A DNA stretch of 33,544 bases from positions 1 to 33,544 of the forward strand of contig JBGCFM010000204.1 in the NCBI GenBank assembly GCA_045106895.1. The letters are read 5' to 3'. The notes beneath the pieces are model-generated. The model was not told the origin of the DNA and did no database searches. It worked only from the letters and a program-made list of their open reading frames with translations. The first letter of the stretch is position 1, and each line of letters begins with the position of its first letter. Shown here in pieces: positions 25,953 to 33,544 of the stretch. Made by a program: the position numbers and the translations under genes. The DNA is from Polyangiales bacterium (GTDB lineage Bacteria; Myxococcota_A; Polyangia; Polyangiales; Houyiibacteriaceae).

Positions 25953-26134
25953 CGATGGTTCTACGCAGCGCAGGAAGAAACCTCCCTCACTCGCTTCGTG
26001 GCCTCTTCACAGTGCTTCTTCACAGTGCTCCTTCGAGCTCTCGAAGTCGCATCGGCCGGGACGAGAATCCGCTCGCTCGGAGGCAGAAGAGCGAGAGCGG
26101 CTGGATAGAGCGTGCGACCTGCTACGCTCCCGCC

Positions 26135-27370
26135 GTGGACATCCGGCTCCTCGTTATCGACATCGTTGAGAAGCTGGGTCTCATCGCCAGTGCCGCGTTG
26201 GTGTCCGTCTTGGTCCCGCCGCTCCGAAACCGCCTCCTTGGTATCGGTGGCCAACCCCAGGACCGCTTCGTCGCGTTGCTCCTTGGCTTTTGCCTCTCCA
26301 TGTGGGGCGCGAAGATGGGCCAGACGTGGCTCGGCGTGCAGATGAACTTCGTCGCCGTCGGCATCCTTATGGCCTCGCGTTTTCGCATCGGCGCCTACGC
26401 CGGTCTCCTCGGCGGTCTCTTCTTTGTTCTCCGCGTTGAGCCGACCTTGCCTGTGGCGCCCTTGGGCTGGTCCGTCGTTGTCGCGCTCACGGCGATGGGC
26501 GCCGCCGGCGGCTGGCTCGCCAAACATCGCCCGGCGACTTTCGAGCGTTGGCAGGCGTTTCCTACGGCGTGCGTTCTCCAGCTGGGCTCCTTTGTGATCA
26601 TCGCCGCGGGCCTCGCCCTGAGCGGTGGCGACGCGGCCGCCTTCATCGACGCGTGGCCCGCGCTCCTCGTGCAGATGTTCAGCACCGCCGCGGGCATTAC
26701 GCTCTTTGTCGGAGTCGTCCGTGTTGTGCTCACGCGTGAAGAAAACGCCATCGCCCTCGTCGAAGCCCGCGCCGCCGCAGACCAGCTCTCCTTGGAGGCG
26801 CTTCGCAGTCGTCTTGAACCGCACTTTCTTTTCAACGCTCTCAACACGCTGCGCGCCACCATTCGCGTCGACCCCGCCCGTGCGCGTGACCTCGTCTCCG
26901 ATCTCAGCGATCTCTACCGATACCTCCTCGCTCACCCCGAAGATGCGCCCCTCAAAGACGAGTTCGAACACGCCAAGGCCTACCTGGGCATTGAGAGAGC
27001 CCGCCTCGGCGCGCGCCTGGAGGTGGAGATGAGCATCCCCGACAACGTCCGCCAGATTCAGGTCCCAGCGCTTCTTCTTCAGCCCCTCGTGGAGAACGCC
27101 GTAAAACACGGCGTTGCCGCCCACGAAGGGAACGGAAAAGTGGAGGTGATCGCGCGGGCGGATGGCGATATGCTCCACGTCGAAGTGATCGACTCAAGCG
27201 AGGGTAAATACGTAGGCATCGTCAAAGAGGGCACGGGCATCGCGCTCAAGACGCTCCGCGCTCGACTTGCTCAGCGCTACAAGGGCGCCGCGTCCCTTGA
27301 GCTCGTCAAGCACGCCGCTGGGACCTGCGCCCAAGTACGCCTTCCCCTCGCCGTGGAGGGCGACGCATGA
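26135..27370 (+). CDS. LytS-family sensor histidine kinase
   Basis: Multi-TM N-terminus; RLEPHFLFNALNT H-box; LQPLVENAVKHG; GTGIAL. Start GTG 26135. Confidence 0.92.
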   Translation: MDIRLLVIDIVEKLGLIASAALVSVLVPPLRNRLLGIGGQPQDRFVALLLGFCLSMWGAKMGQTWLGVQMNFVAVGILMASRFRIGAYAGLLGGLFFVLRVEPTLPVAPLGWSVVVALTAMGAAGGWLAKHRPATFERWQAFPTACVLQLGSFVIIAAGLALSGGDAAAFIDAWPALLVQMFSTAAGITLFVGVVRVVLTREENAIALVEARAAADQLSLEALRSRLEPHFLFNALNTLRATIRVDPARARDLVSDLSDLYRYLLAHPEDAPLKDEFEHAKAYLGIERARLGARLEVEMSIPDNVRQIQVPALLLQPLVENAVKHGVAAHEGNGKVEVIARADGDMLHVEVIDSSEGKYVGIVKEGTGIALKTLRARLAQRYKGAASLELVKHAAGTCAQVRLPLAVEGDA

Positions 27371-28098
27371 GCAAAGCGCTTCGAGCTATCTTGGTGGATG
27401 ACGAACCCCTCGCGCGAGACGAGCTCGGCTTCATGCTTGGCGAACTCGATGTGGAGATCGTCGGCGAAGCCGCCAGCGCTGACGCGGCCCTCAAAGTCGT
27501 TGAAGAGTTTCAGCCTGACGTCGCCTTCTTGGATCTTCGCATTCCCGGGCCCGACGGAATCGCTCTTGCGGAGACGCTCCGAAGCCGCTTCCCGGATCTC
27601 GCCATGGTGATGGTCAGCGCTCACGACGAAGGCGCCCTCCGCGCGTTCGAAGCGGACATCCTCGACTACCTGCTCAAGCCCGTTCGTTTCGAACGACTCA
27701 AGACGGCCGTGGAACGCGCTCGAAACCAGGTCATCGCCGTGGCGCCGAACGAAGAGCCCCTCGACCGCCTCGCCGTTCGCCGCAAAGGCGCATATGTCGT
27801 CGTCGATATCGCCGACGTGCTTTTCTTTCAGGTCAAAGATGAGCTCGTTTGGGCCGTCACCAAAGAAGACCGTTTTGCCCTCGACCTGACCTTGTCCGCC
27901 CTCGACAAGAAGCTCGATACGACGGTGTTCTTCCGCAGTCATCGAAGCTGCCTCGTGCGTCTCTCGGCCATCAGCGCCATCGAACCCATCGGTAGCGGCT
28001 CCTACGAGCTCGTCATCGATCACCCGGACTCCTGCCGTGTTCCCCTCGCGCGAGAACGGGTTCGCACCCTGCGCGAGTACATTCCCTTCGCGGGGTGA
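27367..28098 (+). CDS. LytTR-family response regulator
   Basis: VDDEPLAR, FLDLRIPG, DYLLKP, FFRSHRS; ATGA overlap with the kinase. Confidence 0.95.
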   Translation: MSKALRAILVDDEPLARDELGFMLGELDVEIVGEAASADAALKVVEEFQPDVAFLDLRIPGPDGIALAETLRSRFPDLAMVMVSAHDEGALRAFEADILDYLLKPVRFERLKTAVERARNQVIAVAPNEEPLDRLAVRRKGAYVVVDIADVLFFQVKDELVWAVTKEDRFALDLTLSALDKKLDTTVFFRSHRSCLVRLSAISAIEPIGSGSYELVIDHPDSCRVPLARERVRTLREYIPFAG

Positions 28099-28116
28099 TG
28101 GGCCTAGATAGCGGCC

Positions 28117-29133
28117 ATGACGAAGAAGCAGTTAGCCCTTCGCGTCACGCTGCCGCTCTTGGTGATCATCGCCTTGGTGGCGCTGATTTGGCAGCCCGCG
28201 GCGGTCTGGTTTCGTCTGTATCAGCTGCGCGGAGACGAGGCGCACGCGCAGGCGGCGATGGAGCCGATTATCGAACTCGGCGCGGACATGCAGGCGCCGC
28301 TCATCGACGCCGTTCATGCCCACGCGCCGGAGCCGGACGTGGGCTATTTTCGGCCCGCAGCGTTTGAGATTCTGGCGAGGCTACGGCGTGAACGTGTCGT
28401 CGAGCATCGCAACGAAGGCATCCTGATCGTGCAACCCGATGAGGAGGCCATCGATGCGTTGGTCCTCGCGTACGAGAACGAGCCCTCGGCTGCCTATCGC
28501 CAGGTAATGCGAGAGGCGCTGTCGGGTGTCGACGCGTGGACCTTCATTCTTTTTTGGGGGCGAAGCCGGGGGACGCCTTATCCCCTCGAAGGCGTTCCAT
28601 ACGGCTATGCCGGCGGCTTTGGTCCCAACCCCTGCGGAGAGCCTCATGTCTTCGGTGACCCGCTCTTACCCGAAGTTCAGACAGTGTGGTGCGAGCATGT
28701 GGGCACCGTCGTCAGTCGATGGCTTGCTGAGGGCTCCGAACCTTACGTGATCGATCGGCCGCGGCTCGCGCGCCTTTTGGACCGCCGCTGCGCCGGTGAA
28801 GGGTCCTTCGCCGCCCTGGGCGCGCGCGCCCCAGATCTGAACGGCTCAGAACTCAATGACGTTCTCAACCACGCCTTCACGCGCCACGACAGACAGGAAG
28901 ACGTTCTCTCGGCGCTCATCCGTCCAGACGCCGAATGCAACTGGCAGCGCCGGCTCCACCGAGCTCTTGAGATTCGTCGCCCCCTCGTCGGTGAGGCGCC
29001 GGAGCTCCTGCGCGGCTGGGTTTCGGCGATGAATGACGACTGTTTAGCGGAGCTCTTCGAAGAGACCGAACCCGGAGCGCGCCGGGACCGGATGCGCCGT
29101 TCCCTCGGCGTGACGCGAGACGTTGTCGAGTAG
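28117..29133 (+). CDS. Hypothetical membrane-anchored protein
   Basis: 338 aa, single N-terminal TM, helical character. Confidence 0.65.
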   Translation: MTKKQLALRVTLPLLVIIALVALIWQPAAVWFRLYQLRGDEAHAQAAMEPIIELGADMQAPLIDAVHAHAPEPDVGYFRPAAFEILARLRRERVVEHRNEGILIVQPDEEAIDALVLAYENEPSAAYRQVMREALSGVDAWTFILFWGRSRGTPYPLEGVPYGYAGGFGPNPCGEPHVFGDPLLPEVQTVWCEHVGTVVSRWLAEGSEPYVIDRPRLARLLDRRCAGEGSFAALGARAPDLNGSELNDVLNHAFTRHDRQEDVLSALIRPDAECNWQRRLHRALEIRRPLVGEAPELLRGWVSAMNDDCLAELFEETEPGARRDRMRRSLGVTRDVVE

Positions 29134-29202
29134 CGCTCGGCCGAGTCGCGGGCGCCGAGTCGGGGTTCCTTTGCGCGGAACGAACATGGTAGTGGTCTTG
29201 CT

Positions 29203-30015
29203 ATGCGCGCCACCACGAACCTCCGTCTGTTGCCTCTTGTTCTGACTCTCCTATGCGCCGCATGCTCCGGTACCGAAGAGTCGGAACCCGCAGAAGAGCG
29301 CAACGCAGCAGCGCCTCAGGGCGAGAGCGCGCGGGAAACGGTTCCGCTCGCGGCCTCGGATTTTTCTCCCTCGTGTATGGACCTCGACATGAGGGAGCAC
29401 CCGGCGGGCTCGCTCCCCGTTCTCCTTGCGGACCTTGCGGACGATGCGCATGACGGCTCTGGTTTGGTTTTGCATTTTGCGCGCGCTGAGCGCTCGACGC
29501 CCTGTGTCGGGGGCCATTCACCGGCGGGCCACACCTTTCGCTGGCAGCTCGTCGAAGCGCTGACGGAGCCGCGCGGCGACTTCTCGAACACAAACTTTCG
29601 AGATCGGCTCACGCGGCTCTCGAACAACGCGCCCATCGCCGAGGGCTACGACAATGCACAGATTCGTACGCTCCACGCGCGTCTGCGCACGCAAAGTGCG
29701 CGGGAGCTTATCCTCGCGGCGCGAAACAGCAGCTCCCCTGAGCGCTCGTCCATCGCTGAGCTCACGTGCGCCGACCACGGCGCCTTGCCGCAGCTCACGC
29801 CCGCTCATTTCGCGCGGTGGGGCTGGCTCCCGGCGTCCTTGCGTGTTGTCGCGGAGATCGCCGGCGGCGCGATGGTGGAAGAGCTTCACGCAGGTCCGGA
29901 GCCGGTCATCGTCATCCGCGCTGACGATGCGATGGCGAGTGCCCTCTCGGAAAATGGCGCGCTTCAGGCGTCCGAAATGCCTGATGGGACCCTCGAAGTT
30001 CGACCAAACTCCTAG
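29203..30015 (+). CDS. Hypothetical lipoprotein
   Basis: Lipobox LCAAC; 270 aa. Confidence 0.7.
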   Translation: MRATTNLRLLPLVLTLLCAACSGTEESEPAEERNAAAPQGESARETVPLAASDFSPSCMDLDMREHPAGSLPVLLADLADDAHDGSGLVLHFARAERSTPCVGGHSPAGHTFRWQLVEALTEPRGDFSNTNFRDRLTRLSNNAPIAEGYDNAQIRTLHARLRTQSARELILAARNSSSPERSSIAELTCADHGALPQLTPAHFARWGWLPASLRVVAEIAGGAMVEELHAGPEPVIVIRADDAMASALSENGALQASEMPDGTLEVRPNS

Positions 30016-30101
30016 TTCGCGTTTTCCGCTGAAACGGGAAAGCTGTGAAATTGTTGTAATTGTCCCCCAGATTCGGCAGTCTCACCCCAAAGGGGTAGAG
30101 A

Positions 30102-33100
30102 ATGAGACGAATCGTTGCAATTGCTGGCTTTTTGGTCGGCCTGGTATCACTAAATGGATGTGGAGATCCCCTGGTTGGGGGTCTGGTCTGCGCGGAAGCC
30201 TCCGGGGAGGCCCTCTGTGAAGGAGCGTGCGCCAACCTAAGCGCCGACGACCTCAATTGCGGCGCCTGCGGCAACGTCTGCCCGGGGGAGGAGATCTGCA
30301 CCGACGGCATGTGTGCGCTTCCTTGCGTTGGCACCGAGGTTCAATGCGGCAACCTTTGCGCCCCTCTGGAAACCGACCGGACCAACTGCGGTGCCTGCGG
30401 GACGGTTTGCGCGCTTGGCGAAGTCTGCAGTGAAGGCATGTGTGGCCTTGAATGCGGCGGATCGACTCCGATTCGATGCGACGACGCCTGCGTCGACACC
30501 GACAACAACGCCGAACACTGTGGCGGTTGCGACCTCGCATGTGCCGAGGGCGAAGTCTGTTCTGGCGGCGCTTGCGGCCTGAGCTGCGGAGGCGCGACAC
30601 CGACGCTGTGCGCAGAGTCCTGCGTCGACACGATGAACGACCGCGGCAACTGCGGGAGTTGTGGCGTGGTCTGTCCATCCGGCGAGGTTTGTTCCGACGG
30701 CGTTTGCGGACTGAGCTGCGGTGGCGCGACCCCGGCACTCTGCGGCTTGTCCTGTGTTGATACGGACACGAACCGAAACCACTGTGGCGGATGCGATGTG
30801 CTCTGCGCTGAAGGCGAAGTGTGCTCCGAAGGAACGTGCGGGCTGAGCTGCGGCGGTGACACGGGCACTCAGTGCGGCACGCGCTGCGTCGACACCGACA
30901 CCCACCGCGACCACTGCGGCGCTTGCGACAACGGATGCGGCGCCGGCGAGATCTGCGCCGATGGAGTGTGCGGTCTCAACTGCGGTGGCTCAACACCGAC
31001 GTTGTGCGGCCTCAGCTGCGTCGACACCGAGACCAACCGCGTTCACTGCGGAGCATGCGACGCCACCTGCGAAGCGGGCGAGGTTTGCTCCGAAGGTGTC
31101 TGCAGTCTGACCTGTGGCGGCACGACGCCGACGCAGTGTGGCCTCAGCTGCACGAACACCGAGCGCGACCCGGACAACTGCGGCGCTTGCGACATGGAAT
31201 GCGCGAGCGGTGAAAGCTGCGTCGACGGCGCCTGCGAACTTTCGTGTGGCGCTGCAACCCCTGACATTTGCGACGGCGCTTGCACCGACGTGAATACGAA
31301 CCGGGACCACTGCGGCGCCTGCGGCAACAGCTGCGCGGCGGGCGAGGTGTGCAACGGCGGAACCTGTGCCCTCGGCTGCGGCGGCGCCACTCCGGAACTC
31401 TGCGGTTCGAGCTGCGTTGACCCTGACTCAAACCGTCAGCATTGCGGCGCCTGCGACAACCGATGCGCAGTAGGCGAAGTGTGTGCAGCAGGAGCTTGCA
31501 CGTTGAGCTGTGGCGGCACGACCCCCACGCAATGTGGCACCAGCTGCACCGACACAAACACCGATGAAAGCAACTGCGGAGTTTGCGGAACGCGCTGCGC
31601 TTCGGGCGAATCCTGTGTCGCGGGTACCTGCGAGATCTCGTGTGGCGCCAGCGCGCCGACGGTTTGCGATTCCACCTGTGTAGACACGAACAGCAACCGC
31701 GACCACTGCGGCGCATGCGACAATAATTGTGGCGCAGGCCAGGTCTGCTCCGGCGCTGCGTGTGTCGCGTCGTGTGGTGCAGGTCTCGCGGATTGCGCTG
31801 GCTCTTGCGTCGACACGGACGCGGACCCCGCAAACTGTGGCGCTTGTGGCGTCTCATGTGAGAGCGCTCCAGGCTCCGCTGGAGTCTGCGTGGCTGGCGG
31901 CTGCCAGTACTTCTGTGCGCCGACGTTCGGCGACTGCAACGGAGACCTTGGCGCGCCGGGCGGCAACGGATGTGAAACATCTCTCGTCGGAACCGCAGCG
32001 AACTGTGGTGCTTGCGGAAGCACTTGTGGCGTCGGCGACGTCTGCCGCGGTGGCGCATGCGTTCAGACCACATCCACTACGATGGGCACGGACTTTGGCG
32101 GCGCCGGCGCCGTCGGGGCGAGCTTCGATCCAGCGGAAGGCGGACTCGTTCTCGATTCGAGCGCGACGGTGAATGACTACCTCTGGATTCCAAACACCGG
32201 CGAAAGTTCGATGAGCAAGTGGGACCCGGTCACGAACACGGAGGTAGCGCGTTATCGCGTCGGACTCGCTTCAGGCGAATGTGTGGGCTCTTGCTGTCAC
32301 AGCAACGGTTGCAACATGCCGAGTCGTGTCGTCGTCGATGGAAGCGGAGACGCCTATGTCGCGAACCGTGGCTTCGGCATGCAGGGCACCGTCACGAAGA
32401 TCGCCGCCAACATCGACGACTGCGTTGACCGCAACGGCAACGGCATGATCGATACCTCGACGAGCTCGGTGGCCATGGCGTACGGCGCAGACGAGTGCAT
32501 TCTCTTCCACGCTCCCGTCGGCGCGAGCAACGCGCTACTTCGCGCTATCGCCATTGACGCTGGCGACGCTGCTCACCCTGAAGGATACCCGTGGGTCGGC
32601 GGCTACAACTCACGCCAGTTCTGGAAGCTTGACCCGGACACGGGCGCCGTCATCGATGGACCCATCGGTGTGTCTTTTGCGCCGTATGGCGCGGTGGTTC
32701 TGGGCAACGGTCAGCTCTACGCGAGTGGCCTTGGCAGCACCACACTGGCGGTCATCGACACCACCGTCGCCGCTCCGACAGCCACCACCATCACGGTCCC
32801 GCGTCCAGCTGGAACCCCGGTCTGGCGGCACTACGGAATGACGGCAGATGCCAACGGCCGCCTCTGGTTCAGCTATGGCACAGGTATTCAGGGCTATGAC
32901 CCCGCAACGGGCCAATCCACAGGCAGCCCGCAGGTTGCAGGCGGCTCCCTCTTGTTCAGCGGAATCACCGTCGACGGACGGGGGCGCGTCTGGGCCGCCG
33001 TCAACAGCAGCCCCATGCGGCTCATTTACTGGGACGCTGACGACTTCGTGCCGAACGGACTCATTCCGGCCACAGCGACGACGACGTTGACCATGCCACC

Positions 33101-33544
33101 GGGCTACACCAGCTCGTCCGCGGTTGGCGCCGACTCGAACAACATCATCTGGTTCACCAACTCCAGCTCGCCAACGGCGCTCTTCCGCGTCGATCCCGAC
33201 ACCGAGGTCGTAACGACATCCACCGGCCTCAACCGCGTCTACAGTTACTCGGACTTCACCGGCGGCGTCCGGCGAACCGTTATCGCGACGGGAACCTACG
33301 ATGAGACCTTTGACGGCCTCTGCGCCAACCCGGTTTGGGACTCGGTGGTTCACGATATCGATACCCCGGCGGGAACGAGCGTTGAGTTTGTGGGCCGGAC
33401 AGCCGACACCATCGCTGGCCTCAACGCGGCTACGGCGGTCACCATCACCGTCACGCCGCCGGATGTCTCACCCGGAGACATCACGACGGCCTTCATGGGC
33501 GCAGGCATCACGCCGGCGCGCTACTTCCGGCTCACCACCATCAT
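30102..33544 (+). CDS. Large Cys-rich repeat lipoprotein (MXAN_6577/Stig1-like repeats plus beta-propeller-like domain), partial at 3' end; not in ORF track
   Basis: ATG 30102 MRRIVAIAGFLVGLVSLNGC lipobox. 14 in-frame (N/H)CGxC motifs 30255-32001, followed by YLWIPNTGES...EVARYRVG...PSRVVVD...YVANR...YSYSDFTG in the same frame. No stop before the window end. Confidence 0.9.
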   Translation, partial: MRRIVAIAGFLVGLVSLNGCGDPLVGGLVCAEASGEALCEGACANLSADDLNCGACGNVCPGEEICTDGMCALPCVGTEVQCGNLCAPLETDRTNCGACGTVCALGEVCSEGMCGLECGGSTPIRCDDACVDTDNNAEHCGGCDLACAEGEVCSGGACGLSCGGATPTLCAESCVDTMNDRGNCGSCGVVCPSGEVCSDGVCGLSCGGATPALCGLSCVDTDTNRNHCGGCDVLCAEGEVCSEGTCGLSCGGDTGTQCGTRCVDTDTHRDHCGACDNGCGAGEICADGVCGLNCGGSTPTLCGLSCVDTETNRVHCGACDATCEAGEVCSEGVCSLTCGGTTPTQCGLSCTNTERDPDNCGACDMECASGESCVDGACELSCGAATPDICDGACTDVNTNRDHCGACGNSCAAGEVCNGGTCALGCGGATPELCGSSCVDPDSNRQHCGACDNRCAVGEVCAAGACTLSCGGTTPTQCGTSCTDTNTDESNCGVCGTRCASGESCVAGTCEISCGASAPTVCDSTCVDTNSNRDHCGACDNNCGAGQVCSGAACVASCGAGLADCAGSCVDTDADPANCGACGVSCESAPGSAGVCVAGGCQYFCAPTFGDCNGDLGAPGGNGCETSLVGTAANCGACGSTCGVGDVCRGGACVQTTSTTMGTDFGGAGAVGASFDPAEGGLVLDSSATVNDYLWIPNTGESSMSKWDPVTNTEVARYRVGLASGECVGSCCHSNGCNMPSRVVVDGSGDAYVANRGFGMQGTVTKIAANIDDCVDRNGNGMIDTSTSSVAMAYGADECILFHAPVGASNALLRAIAIDAGDAAHPEGYPWVGGYNSRQFWKLDPDTGAVIDGPIGVSFAPYGAVVLGNGQLYASGLGSTTLAVIDTTVAAPTATTITVPRPAGTPVWRHYGMTADANGRLWFSYGTGIQGYDPATGQSTGSPQVAGGSLLFSGITVDGRGRVWAAVNSSPMRLIYWDADDFVPNGLIPATATTTLTMPPGYTSSSAVGADSNNIIWFTNSSSPTALFRVDPDTEVVTTSTGLNRVYSYSDFTGGVRRTVIATGTYDETFDGLCANPVWDSVVHDIDTPAGTSVEFVGRTADTIAGLNAATAVTITVTPPDVSPGDITTAFMGAGITPARYFRLTTI
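30216..32065 (+). repeat. Coding tandem repeat, mostly 132-bp (44-aa) period
   Basis: (N/H)CG codons at 30255, 30384, 30516, 30648, 30780, 30912, 31044, 31176, 31308, 31440, 31572, 31704, 31833 and 32001. Confidence 0.9.

Overview
GC-rich chromosomal window, most likely from a myxobacterium (Myxococcota, Polyangiales/Sandaracinaceae-like). This is inferred from a MYXO-CTERM protein, DUF2378, Cys-rich lipoproteins and eukaryotic-like Ser/Thr kinases. The most unusual element is at 267-2426. A 317-aa Y1/HUH (RAYT-like) tyrosine transposase with a long C-terminal extension is bracketed on both sides by irregular tandem arrays built on the quasi-palindromic core CAAC-GGG-GTTG (about 14 copies left, 11 right). 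The same core recurs as a 33-bp intergenic doublet 1.5 kb away (3973-4050). The arrays are neither CRISPR nor canonical GTAG/GGAG REPs, and many units begin exactly at GGGGTTG with variable 3' extent. The rest of the window holds housekeeping and myxobacterial envelope/signalling genes: a PafB/PafC-like WYL pair, a Cys/Met-family PLP enzyme, an orphan m4C-type methyltransferase, a LytS/LytTR pair and two Ser/Thr kinases. There is also an S1-like / Cys-less L32 / type-B L36 cluster (L36 is absent from the ORF track) and a >1100-aa Cys-repeat lipoprotein running off the right end (also absent from the ORF track). Many genes appear to have leaderless-type promoters. All product calls come from motif recognition by eye; no searches were run.
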